Source: Trichoplax sp. H2 (taxonomy: Eukaryota). From it: DNA of 64,000 nt. The position numbers and the translations under genes were made by a program. Under the pieces are notes generated by a model, which worked only from the letters and a program-made list of their open reading frames with translations, was not told where the DNA came from and did not search any database. The DNA lies in contig NOWV01000117.1 of assembly GCA_003344405.1 (NCBI GenBank), forward strand, positions 1 to 64,000, written 5' to 3'. Below are positions 39,101 to 52,370 of the stretch, piece after piece; within the stretch, counting starts at the first letter, position 1, and the number at the start of each line of letters is the position of its first letter.

Positions 39101-42100
39101 GCTTGAAAAGGTTCTGTCAGAGCTAAGCGCAGTTCTTGATGTTGGAGATGATGGTAATGATGATACAGATGTCGATTTCTTCCGCAACGAATCAAGTACA
39201 ATGTAGTTTTCACTGGAAAAGGCACCGGCATCATCATAACGATAGGGTATTGGCATACTTTGATATTTTTGATCCTTAAAATATTTGCTATCAAGCTGAC
39301 TATCATCAACCGATTGACTTTGACTTGATCTTAACCCTGATCTGATTTTGCTAGATCGTTGACGTAAGCCATGAAAGAGTTGTTTAATTGTGGAAGATTT
39401 ACCAGGTGATAAACTAGAATTTGCTTTCACTTCTTGATCAATACCGTCGTTTGGTGCAGTGTCTGGAGAATTGGATTCAATGAGTTGATAAGAAGATTCA
39501 CCCTTAGGCAATGATTGTAAAACTTGGTCATCAATTTCTACAAATGATGAAGAAGTTATCCTACTTAAAGGCCGGAATATATTAGAATCTGGACTATAAT
39601 TATGGTCATTTTTATCACGACTAGTAAATACGTCATCGTCATAACTGCTCTGAAGACTAACGCCATTAAGGTGGCTTTCCGATTTTGCGTTGACGATTGG
39701 ATGATTATCATGACCAGTAGTTAAATTTGGGCTAGAGTAGCGTAATTTAGACTTAACAGTTTGTAAAGTATGACCTTTATGTTTTAAATCAACGTAGTCT
39801 CCGACAGGAATACATTTCGATTTGGACTGCTTTTCATCAGTCTCCACTTCTTCTTCATCATCGGCGCTAACGCGAACATGAAAATGATGCGGTACTCCAA
39901 ATACACCGTCTTTAATCCTTGAACTTAACTTTAACGAATTTAGCAATGTTGCAATGTCAATACCTTGAAATCGAGGTGGAATTCGATTTAATATACTTGT
40001 AATGACATCATCTGTAGGTAAACTGCCGCCAAAACCTAGCGAAAGTAATATTTCCTCAGGGTTGCCACGTCTCAATTTGAGAATATCTTGTAAGCTGTAT
40101 AAGATGAATATAGTAATGATCAATTAGCTATTAATTATCAATACTTTTACCATAATTTATTCACTTCTTATATACTAAATTTAATAATCTAAGGAGATCG
40201 ATACCCCATGCTATTGATCATAACGAAAACAAAATAAATAGGGAAGCAAGATACTAGTGGCCCTAGGTTAAATTAATAGTGCAGAAAATGGGTAGGAATC
40301 TGTAGTTTAAAATAACAACAAATGCTCAACAAAGCAAGTTCAAATAGATGCTCAAGTAATTACTTCTATAAGCATCTAAGGGAAAATTAAAAATGGAGAA
40401 ATATCAAGACTCTGAATTAGATGATACGTGATTGAAAAACTTCATTCTGTAGTTAGGATTACTGAATTCAACATCTAATTCAGCCTAGTACAAATTCATG
40501 GTTTTCCATTTGATTTTACCTTAAAGTTTGACGATCATTGGGTCCTTGAAGAAATAATTTACCATCGTCGAAAACAATACTATTTTGCCTATTGATTTTA
40601 TCGTGATGATATTCTTCGCTACTGCAAAAGCGATCCGGTATCCTGCACAAAAAAAATCATTATTAGTATTCTAAATAAATGGATTTGCTAGTAGCTGAAT
40701 AAACGGTCTATACGTAGTATGATAGTCGAAAGTACTATTTATCCACGTATAGAGATTGATTGCATAAATTTTTAATTTTATTCATTCAATTCCAATATGA
40801 TTTATATGGTAGTATATCGTTTTAATTGACCCTCAGTTATTGACATTAATTTCAACGGAAAGTATGTAGCAGTAATACCCGGTAATTAGTTTTTAATCCC
40901 AACTGCTGTACTCAACAATCAGAGTTTAATTTCCAAATTGAAATTAAATTCGTATGCTTCTTATTAGTCTACTTGAAAATTTGTCTCATAATTTTAGAAA
41001 GTGCATCAATATAACAAAAACAAAGACAGACGTAAGGTTTAGATTGCTAAAGAAAACTCTAACGTTATGTTTCTTATAACGTAATTACAGAAGTGACTTT
41101 ATACTGTCCATACAGGGTATTCAGTACGGTTTTGTTCAGATTTTGCCAAGAATTATAGTGGCATTTGCAATAGCTAGTTAGTTATTACATATCACTTTTG
41201 CTAAAGTAAATGGTCGTCAAAGTGTGGTAGTAGTGGATCATGAAAAGTTTCGTTTAACAGCGAATACTTTGATAAAATGGGTTATACATGTCTAAGTGGA
41301 AATATATATAGCATTATAGTATAATTAATAAAAGGTATTTTTCATTTATTAAAGAATTAGCAGTAATTGTAAGCAATAAAAATACTGGTTTTGACGATAG
41401 ATTACATCTAAATGAAGGCTATGCTTGTAAAGCTCAATGTTTTTTCTGACATATTCAAAAGAATTACCTAGAGTCTGCTGCCCAATGATACTGATTACTA
41501 TCACAGCTTTGATTGATAAATGATGAAGAAGCCAGAGATTTTCTGGAGTGGTCATATCCATTTTGGCCATAGGGTAGACTTCCGTTGTGTGTTTGGTAAA
41601 GAGGAGAAATATCCTCCGTTGATTCTTCCTCAGTTGTAACAATATCACTACCTTGATGATCAATAATTTGATATTTTTGTTCATTTTCTATCTTACGAAA
41701 AGATTCAGGCGTTCCTTCTCCTAGAAATGTAGGTGATGATGACATTAGCTTACGTAAAAGACCAATACGCGTTAAAATCAATGTTGAATAGGTCACAATA
41801 TCTCTGACGAGGAGGTAATATAGTCCTCAAAATTGCATAAATGCCGTTATATATAAACGCTATTGCTTAACTAAGAATTAAATATTAATAAAATAAGATA
41901 ATGAATATTGTTGCAATAATGAATTTATTAATAATATGATAATTGTAAAGATGTAAGAAACCAATAAAGACAAGAAAAATTATTTTTGAATGTTCGTCTA
42001 CGCTACTAAGAGTAATCGGAAGCTCAGTTGTTATTAAAGTATTCATTTTTACGGCTTAATGAATTGCCCCTTATAAGAAAATAATGCTGCCTATATATTG

Positions 42101-45100
42101 TAATACCACACAATGTTATGAATCGATCAAAAACCAAAATCATAAGGTACTGTATAAAATAATTTCCAAGCAACTACCCATAGCGTACCCAATAATATTC
42201 TATATATGTCAAGCTATCATGCTGCACCTTTTAATACGCATTTTTACCAGTATTACCCCTTAAAATTATTGAGCTGACATTTTACAGAATATTTCTGGAA
42301 TTCATTTTAACAAAAGTAGACTCTTTCAGAATTGAGTAACGTCATAAAGTCGCCTAATCAATTAAACCTACATCATATTGCAGTTTGCTATTTTTGCTGT
42401 AGCTTGTATAGATTCGGTGCAATTTATATGAAACTTACTTCATTAAAATAGCCGGCAGAATATACTGTATACAATATATTTATATATGCGAATGTATATA
42501 AATGATAATGATTGCTGTTGTTTGGTTGAATTTGAAATTGACTCTAAATGTAATCATCAAAACTACTACTGCATATCTTAGGCATGGCAGATGTTGACAG
42601 TATATATTTTACTCGAAAAGCGTATTTTATGACCATCAATATGAATCAATCAATTATTGTGATTATTAAATATTTAATTGTACAATCAGAATATTTATAG
42701 ACAAAGTTTTTCTACTGATTAGATAAAATGAATATTTACTCTCCTTTTCTTGATTCTTATTAGCTCCCTATAATAGTCTCCTTTATATTCGCTATTACAT
42801 ATTTAATTTAAAAATAATTACCGCGTTCATAAGGTATTGAAACTGTTTGGATTTAGCAAATACAATCGAAAAGAATAAATTAAATTCTGCTAAAGAAAGA
42901 CTGCCTTGTAACTATCACGGCAACAATATGATTTTGCCAATATTCGTGTGACTAAATAATATGCTACTTGGTTAGATGGTAATTTTGGTCGCATTTTGTG
43001 TTATTCTTATATAACTGACATTCGATCGCTAGCTACTCATTTTGAACTTACGTATCGACTCTATCGATTAAGTGATAGCTTAGTACTAATTGAAAGTGCT
43101 CGATCGATAAATTCTTAGAACGCTCAAAATCGCAGAACAAACGTATTATGTACCTATCAGATCGAGAGTAATTGAAGTTTTACTGTCCATAAAAGCTTTA
43201 TGCATTTGTAGCTATTGTTATTGTAGGCCACCTTGGCAAGGAAATGAATACACAGATTATTGCTTATATAGTATGAATAATGACAAGGCACAGTTGGTTG
43301 CTATTTATCAATTAAGGAATAATCAAGACTATTAAAGTGAATGAATGGAAGCCGATTGCGGCATTTTATTAAATAAAAAAGTAATTCTATTAAGATCCAT
43401 CGATGTATTAATGATCCGAGAGTCAATGACAATTGTCTGACCTAGTGTATTAATTTTCAACGTTAGATGATTGAACACCTTATTACGACTACATTCGATG
43501 TAGAAGTTTGAGTTGGAGCTAAATAATGTTCAATTTATTCACGGCTATCCTTAAGACAAGAACCTATAAAGCTACTAAAATGAGTCGTCTCTAGTTCAGA
43601 CTGATTGAAAAGATTACATGTCTTTACTTAGAAAAGCGGTTACGACATAATTTATCATTTTTTCAACATTGAATTATTGCATGTCTTGCAATTACTGAAT
43701 TGGAAATTAGGAATTGAGCAAGGACTAACTGAAAAATATTCATAGCTATGACTGATGAGATAAGAATTTATCGAGCCAGTAAAATGAGCCACCTCCATTT
43801 TAGATTAATTGAAAAAATTTACATGTGTTATATTGTAATAAGAATTTATCATGCTAGTAAAATGAAAGAATCTTCTGCATTGGATATAAAAATTTGAGTA
43901 CTGGTAGGAACTAACTACTATAAAAAATATTCGCCGTCAAAATTAATAAGACAAGAAATTGTCAAGCTAGTAAAATGAACTGCCTCCAATTCACGGTAAT
44001 CAAATTGATTGCTTGGATCTACTTAGGAATGTGCTTACCTCTTAATTTTGGCATGGAGGGTAGCCATCCTTTAAACGAAGGCTTCCTAGAACGTCCAAAA
44101 GTTGGTATAAAATATTTTTGTTGTAAGAACTGATATTGTGTAGTACCTTCTCTGCTACAGAGGTGTATTATCGTAATAAGTGATAGTGGTTTGGATATAG
44201 CAATTCAGTAATTCGAGGTCAAAGCTATACCCGACTGATTCTTTGAAAATATAATAATTAGCAACTACCTATGATCGGTAAGCTTACGAGCATTCCCTAG
44301 CAAAGCTTAATAGGATCAAATTCAATGTTTCAGACTTACATAGATAATGCTCCAATTAAACCATTAGTTCCTGCATACTGCGTAGTATTACGTGAGGCTA
44401 AAAGAATGGAAAAAGAGTAAAAATTTTTCGAACGGATTGCCCCATATAATTAAATCTGTTCAAGGTCTGGTCTGAGACCGAACATAACTATCTATGTGCT
44501 CATTGCCACTATTTTAATAAGAATCTACCTACTTCAGTAAGCGAAAAGCTACGTTTAACTCTGAATTTATATTTTATTATAATAAAATGTTAATAAAAAT
44601 AGGTTAATACATACATAATTAAGCGAAGGATGAATTATATTTCTATATTAATGAACTATAATTATTATATATTGTAACTGCCTAAAGATTACAGTATAAT
44701 GTATTACTGGGATCTGTAAAACAAAAAGCCACTTTCTAAAGTACAGTAAATGACAAGATTAAAAGATTACATTGCATTTTTTACCTAACGAGCTATAATA
44801 ACCAAGTATTGCGGTCTATTAAAGATTGCAATATGGTTTTTATAGCTATAAAAACTGAAATTCACTAGCTAAAGTAAATGATAAACAAGAACAGAAGCTA
44901 ATAACTAATAAAATAATCTAACAGAGGTGAAACGGTTAACTTTTATGAAAATACAAGAGCGCTAAGTTTCCTTTTCCTAAATCAAGATAATGAATCACTA
45001 CTTACGAGCTTGAGGAGAATACTGACTTCGCTGATTTGGATAAGGCTGATATTTATGTTCTTCGGTTGTATCTAAGTCATAGCTTCTGTTTTTTTTTTTC

Positions 45101-45411
45101 ATATTTTCTAAATTGAATTCCACATTGCCACTACTATTTCCTCTTGGTCGTGAAGTTTCTGTCAATGAAATAGAAGTTGGGTTGTAAACTAATTTGTGTC
45201 TATTCGGCACAAATTGTTTGCTATTGTTGCTGCTACTCAATCCTGGCGTTTGGTTTGGATTATCGGCATGGACACGAGCAGCTTGCAATGTGGGAGCTTG
45301 AAAGTGAGATTGGGAATGGGACCTACAGAAATCATTAATATCAAAATCATCAGAAATTGTGATTGGCACCATGTTGATTTTTCTAGTGCAGTAGAAATAA
45401 TCAGGAGCCAT
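36189..45411 (-). CDS. KRAP/SSFA2(ITPRID2)/TESPA1-like protein with IP3R-binding domain and C-terminal coiled coil, ~13 exons
   Basis: SLQDILKLRRGNPEEILLSLGFGG..ILNRIPPRFQGIDIATLL resembles the KRAP IP3R-binding motif (DPEEILxxLGFG..KIPxRFF..GID). Phase-consistent exons at 45006-45411, 41468-41720, 40520-40642, 38855-40095, then smaller exons encoding a coiled coil down to 36189. 5' end uncertain. Confidence 0.72.
43758..43995. repeat. 3-copy degenerate intronic repeat
   Basis: aagaa(t/a)tt(t/g)..(g/t)c(c/t)agtaaaatga near 43760, 43838 and 43953. Confidence 0.65.
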
Positions 45412-45774
45412 AAACTAATGTTTTGCTTTTAAGTGTTTGTCATATTACATCATTCAACATGGTCAAGAGTAATAAAGCTAACTTGATTAATATCCGTTCA
45501 AAATAGCCTCCGTACCATCAAATAGTTATGCAATTGAAAATAATTCTCATCATGTGCTAATTCTAATCCCGTGATGTCATAGAAGGATATCAACTTGAAG
45601 CATTTAATATAATACAGAGTTTACTCGGAAATGGATGAAAGCGAAAAAATAAATTGCGGACACACAGGCTTGTTTAGAATAATGTCAACGAATGGACACT
45701 GAATTCCAACGAGATAAATTTAAAATCATCAATATCGCCCTTGTAATAACACCGTTTAGTTGAGTTACTAGTGT

Positions 45775-46510
45775 AAGATGAGATAATTACTGTCATTCTC
45801 GACAATAACTAAAGTATAAATGAATTCTTTTCTCTTCTATTCGATAACTTGAAAACGTAAATACACGTGTATAGTCGTCTAAAAAATACAGACTAAAGTT
45901 ATGGTTGGTTAAGCCTAGTAGGCTATTTTATTACACGTATACTATGAGATAATTACTGTAGTTCTTGACGGTCACTAAAGTATCAAAGAGTTCTTTCTTT
46001 TTCTAGACCACTAGAAAATATAAATCTAGTTGTCCAAGAAATACAGATTAAATTTTAGAGATGGTCGAGCCTAATAAGTTGAATTCTTGTCAGCACACCA
46101 TGAAATAACTTACTATAATTTACGATACTAATCGTAATATCAAAGAATTTCTTCTCTCCCGCTAGACTACTAAAAAACGCCAGTATAATTATCCAAGACT
46201 AAAGTGTAGGATGGCTAAGACTAGTATAGTAAAACTATGACAATTATAAAATGAAATGATTTACTCAAATCCATTACATTAATTAGAGTATCAAACATTC
46301 CTTCTCTTCTAATAAATTACTAGAAAATGCAGACGTAATTGTCATAGACTAGAGTTAAGATTGGTTTAGCTTAATATACTAAAATATTACAAATATACGA
46401 TGAGCCAATTTACAGTAAATTTCGATGCTGGCTATAATACCGAAGAATTCTTTCTTTTCTACTAGACTACGAGAAAATGCAAATGTAATTGTATAAGATA
46501 CATAGACTAA
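45775..46510. repeat. Degenerate ~155-165-bp tandem repeat, about 5 copies
   Basis: atgagataattactgt near 45778 and 45943 with variants near 46079, 46250 and 46400. Shared gaattcttt..ctagac.actagaaaa..gactaaa motifs. Confidence 0.8.
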
Positions 46511-47169
46511 AAAGCTTAGGCATTGATAAACATAGCATGGTACAAAATGATTTATTCATATGCTCTGTTGATAATAATAAATCTTGATCTAATAATAATT
46601 AGGGTGAGGGTGAATAGATGATTACATTTGCCTTTGAATAACGAGTTGCCTAAATACTCTATACCATTCAATAGGGAAAGAATTGATACTGAAAAAATAT
46701 CGGTCATAAAGAGGAGTCTATGTAAATTATAATGTCAACAGTCGAAATTTACCGTAAAGAATAAATCTACGTTCATAATAGCACTAATTAACATAGCTGA
46801 AAGCCTTTAGTATCAAGACTTTGAAAGAATATATTATCAATCAACATCAGTTCAATAAAAATTGAGGTTCAATAGAAGATTGGGTGATCATGAATGGCCA
46901 AATGTAATTTAGATAGATTATTATACAAATCGTGTTAAGACTGTCACTATAAATAAGAAAATCGTCATAATAAAAATATTGATAAAAATATTTTGAATAC
47001 ATGGATCAATAATTACCCTAAAAAGACAAGGAATTTATTCGGCTATAGTATTGTAGGGGATTAAAATTGATACCATAGGGTGTGGATGACTGATCATAAA
47101 ATTAAATTATTTCAAATTTAGAAATTTGAGGATAAATTTCGGTTCGTACTGAAATATTTAGTGGCTTAA

Positions 47170-48150
47170 TGGTATGTAGAGTAATGACGATTAAGCAAAA
47201 TGATAGAAAATTATTATCTCTAGAATTGAAAATCTGGTCATTAAATAGGCTGAGCTTAATCTAAAGTTAAGGGTATCAAATAGAATAATAAAATGAAAAA
47301 TTAGAAATTGGCAGACATTATCGGATAATTCATGACAATCTTAAAATATTGCAATGGCTCAATGTCATGTGGAATATGGAAAGTGAAACGTGAATACCGC
47401 CATATTGCGAAGCAATACAGTGTATAGTCATTACTGGAAATGATTATTGCTGTAACTGAAAATCTACCCATTAAATAGGCTAAGCTTAATTTATAATTAA
47501 GGCCTTAATGTAGAACAGCAAAATAAAAAATGAAAAATCGATAAAAATGGTCAGATAGTTCATAACGTGCTTAAAACATTCTAATGGCTCAATGCAATGC
47601 GGAATACATATGATAAAGAAATTCCAAGAGAGTCATGAATATCCATATTGACTGGAATATACATTGGCATTGTTAAAAAGTTATTTGATTATTACTGTAA
47701 CTGAAAATTTATCCCCTAAATAGGCCAGCCTAATTTAAAATGAAGGCCATCACATAGAATAACAGTGTCAAATCAGAAATCTGTAGAAATGGCCAGATAC
47801 CGGTAATTCATGATATGATTAGAATAGGCTAATGGCCCCTTGCAGCGTGGAGTATTAAAATGTGATAATGATGTACTGGTACCTGAAGAAAGGTGAATAT
47901 TGTCATATTGAGATGAATATACAATGCATCGACATAGCTGAAAAATGATTATTGCTGTAACTGCAAGTCTACTCGCTAAGCTCAATTTAAAGTCAAGGCT
48001 GTCAAATAGAATAGCAAGATGGAGAATTAGAAATTTGTAGAAATGATCAGATAGTTCACAATATGCTTAAAATATGCTAATGGCGCATTACAACATCGAG
48101 TATTGAAATGTGATTATGAGATACAAAAAGAAATGCGAATATCGCTATAT
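47170..48150. repeat. Degenerate ~240-250-bp tandem repeat, about 4 copies
   Basis: aaataggct(g/a)agcttaat near 47243, 47473 and 47719, variant near 47975. Shared tgattatt(g/a)ctgtaactg and aatggctcaatg. Confidence 0.8.
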
Positions 48151-51100
48151 TAAGAGGTAATGTAAGGTATCAGTATTATTAGAAAATGGTTCATTCTCTT
48201 TTTCGATTATCTTTAAATACGAGTACAGTATCCAACATTCCAAATTGAAATTTCCAATGCAGTTGAAAATCTTAGGAGCTAAAAAATTTGTTTTAGTCTT
48301 TGCGCGAAGATTGATTACAAACAAAAGTAAACAACTAGCAGACAAAATAAATGTCAGGCACTAAAACAGAGAAACATGGAGTTTGACAGCTAGGCATACA
48401 TGATCAAAGTAGGATTACTACTGTTATTGAGAGTTTGATAATTCAACAAAATGTGATAGAAAGACACCAATACGTGAAAATAAATTTAAAAAGGAAATGG
48501 AAATAGTGGACATCGTTGTATGAGCAAAAATACCATAACTTAAGTCATTATTGAAGAGTATAATAACAATAGGCACGAATTATCGATTTTTTTCTGAAGA
48601 AGTTAAGGAAGTGGAGTTGCAATTTATCTAGCGATGAATTGCGCTGAAAATTCAATAATTTAAGAAATTGTGAAACCTTGAATGTAATGGGATGGGATAG
48701 AATGATGATAAATGGTGAAAATTTCCCTATGGTGTATTACTAAGGTTAATAATCTACACTAATCCAGACAATTTGTTGAAATGTGGAGTAATGATATATA
48801 TCATCATGAAAGGGTAAAAGCATTACATCAAATAGAAAGATACGAAGACTTGAATAACGAAGAGATATTGGCCAAGAAGAATTAATGCTACTGTCGAGGT
48901 AACCTTTAGTTAAAATGAGGGGACAAGAACATCAGCAGTTTGGTAATAAAGGGTATCCAAAAAAAATTAATCGGGGTTTCAAAATGTTTAAGTGTTTAGT
49001 GGTTAAATAGAAGAGAAAAACTGAGGCTGATGACGATAAAAATTAATTTATATCGTTGCTGAGATACCCAGTAGCTAAATAATAAATAAAAAATATCAAA
49101 ACTATAAGAAAAAATCTAATAAAATGTTAAAGAACTAGTAAACATTTACACTATAATTGAAAATCTGGCAATACACTGCGATGGTACAGAAAATGATATA
49201 CGAGTATATGGAAAGGAATAAAAGTGGCCTAAAGCGAATGAACCAGTGAGAGCATTACTATAATAGATATACACCATGATTTAGATCTAGCGGTTCAATT
49301 ATGAAGGAAAAAATCGAAGCAGAAGAGGCTGAGAACGAAATAAAAATCGCAACTAATTTTTATTAAAATGTGATTTATGTGACGGTCCAAGATCAATTGA
49401 TTCGATAGAAGATATAGGAAGTAAATAAAAAGGGGCTGAAACGGACATAAAACTGTATTATTGCTATAAGAGGACTATGTCTACTAGGGTAAATTTAGGA
49501 ATTTGTTAATTTAAATTTGAAATTCTGTCACTGAGAAATACTTTGGGACTAAAAAATTGAGAGCAATATTGGTAATATAAAATCTTCACCAAATAAAAAT
49601 ACACTGACGTACGACTATAAGATAATTATCACTGCTAGTGAAAATTTAGGAATTTCATAGTAAAGGATTAAATTGAAATAGACTCAAAAATATTGAGGTT
49701 TTATCAATGCGTAATATTCACAAATATTGCTACAAAATGATAATCAAAGGTTATTGTAAATTTAGGAATGTCATCGTAGAGAAATGCAATAGGGACAGGC
49801 TAGAAAAATGTGGTTTTATTACCAATACATAGTTTTCTTTTCTAATGAACATCTATAGTAACTGGGAAACTGGCCAAGAGAAACGGAGCAAATGGAATAA
49901 ATATCTGGTATTACCGCATTGCTAATTTAGTTCTAAATGGTGGACCGACGTTGAATATTTAATAGTTTTATAATTTGAGAAAAAAGAACATCCTAAGTTA
50001 AAAGGAAGATATTAAAAAAGCAAAGTAAAAATGGAAAGTGACGTTTATTTGGTCTTAATTATTAAAGCGCCATGACAGCCTTTCAATAACAGATTGCGAA
50101 ACGCAGCAATTGAGCGAAAACTACGCAATAAGAAGAAATTGAAATTGTTGACTGTCTTTCTATAGAACAGAGTCTAAAGATGCATTTTAATAGCGATGAA
50201 AATATTGTTCTCCTGCTCAATCAATCAGGATAGACAGCAGCTATGATTACAAATCATTAAAATGCTATTCTGCTTTAGAGTAAAAATAGACTGATTTTTA
50301 GCTGTATTACACCAGTATACTGTCTCTAGTGATGGCTTCAATTTTAAATTGAATTTTGAAAAATAGTCCTGTAGATGGGCGTAAATGATTCGTCAGATTA
50401 ATGTATTGTAATCTATTTATTTTTGCAATTACTTTACAGTCACGATTACCAATGGTTAAAATACTGTTCTACAGAAATGTGGAAAAAGACTCCAGTTTAG
50501 CCTTATTACACATTTGTCATTTCTTAGATGATAGCTGCAATTTTAATTGAATTTTAAGGAATATTGTTAAATAATAAATCTATCATTACATTACTAGCCT
50601 GTCTTACGTGAAATTGACTGACATTCGCTTTTATTACAGATTTGCAATATCTTAGGTGATGGTAGGGTACTAATGTCAAATTGAGAATTCTTCTATCTAA
50701 ATCCCCGTAGAAAAGAAATGGAATTGATGTGATTGGGACCCATTTATTTTTTACTCTGGCCAGCACTTAAAGCTCGATATAGAGGCTCGACCACTTTATA
50801 TTCAATTTATGAGCAGAGCAGTAATGTTTCATTACTATGGCTGAGTGTCAAAAAAAATACTGTGGTAGAGTAAATGATGGCCACAGCCTTTGGTTCTCTC
50901 AGAAGAAATTATCTCTTCAATTTAGACTACATCATCACGGTTCTCTTTCTATATTGTTATGAATATTCCTGATTTAAAATAGCTAGCAACAAAATATAAA
51001 ACGCTCAATAGAATAGCATAGCGGAGTATGGGAACTGGTTAATCGTTGATAAATTTAACGGATCAAATCTATGTACATATTTCAAACTTTAAAAATTTAA

Positions 51101-51759
51101 AATCCAGTTCTTTAATTTCGGATTCTCGACGAAGACAATTTTAAAGGAAAAGGATTAAGGCTGGGTTACAGTCGATTCGTGTAGCCTTTCTATTGAAATT
51201 AGCCGCGATATGGCAATTTCCCAAATGGCTTAATTCATGTTTAGGTTATAGGAATTAGATACTTCTATTATTTTATTGACAAGTCCGATAGGTTGAAAAT
51301 ACAGTAAGTAAGATCTTTGCCGCATCTATCCCTTGATATTCATAATTTTCAGTACTGTTGGTTGGCTAAATAGGAGGTAGGCAGTTGCTAAAGCTGTAAC
51401 ATTTTAAGTCTTGGCTTTTGCCATTGGACTGATGCAATAAATAAGAAAGAATCAATTTCACCTACGGACATCCTTGATGCAGCTTATAAATAAAGATGCT
51501 AAACATGATGATATAAAATGACAACAATCTCTTCTTCTATAGCTTAATTAGTCTCTTCCGTCATTACAAGAATACAGTTAGTCTACAGCTTTAAATTCCC
51601 CTTGTCTTAGTCCATCTTTTGCAAACTTACATATAATTCTATACCATATAGGTACTGCCAATAAAATGAAGCCGTCATCTATCTAGTTAAGTGATGTTAG
51701 CTATAAAATAGTTGACGTAATCCATAGTAAAATCGGTAGAAAAACAATAATTTTTTTTA

Positions 51760-52370
51760 ACTTATTCACTTGTTAGCTGCTCAAGCGGAAGTACATCAGA
51801 AATATTAAGTAGAGAATGACTTTATCTTGTGGTTATAATGATAGGATATTATAACTAAAAAGTAGGGGAAAAATACTGTTATCATTGATCAATACACGAC
51901 TTATTTCAACTTATTTATCTCTCGGATAATTATATGAAAGTAGAGTAGAAATGGAACGATCATACTTAGTTATTACCTCTATAAAAGCAGGAGATATCGT
52001 AACCGTAAAAAAATATGTAAGATCTGAGCTGCTATAGACAAATGAATGAATTATTCTAACCTATTCACCTCCTCTTTATTTCTGCGGAAGTCCATCAGAA
52101 ATACTAGGCAGCTAACGAATTAATATTAACGTATTTACTTTTTCGTTGTCAGCACAGAATTGTATTAGAAATATTAAGCAATGAAAGAATAATACTATCC
52201 TATTTATCCTTATTTATTTGTGTGAAAAGATATCAGAGATATTAAGAAAAGAAAAAATTATACTGACCTATTTACCTCTTAGTTATTCATACGGAAGTAT
52301 ATCACAGATATTAAGTCACGAAATAGTTATATTAACTTATTGATTGGTTATTTACTCGTGCCAAAGTAGT
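51760..52370. repeat. Degenerate ~65-70-bp tandem repeat
   Basis: cggaagt..atcaga(a/g)atattaag with (c/t)ctatt(c/t)ac units near 51786, 52084, 52150, 52220 and 52290. Confidence 0.7.
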
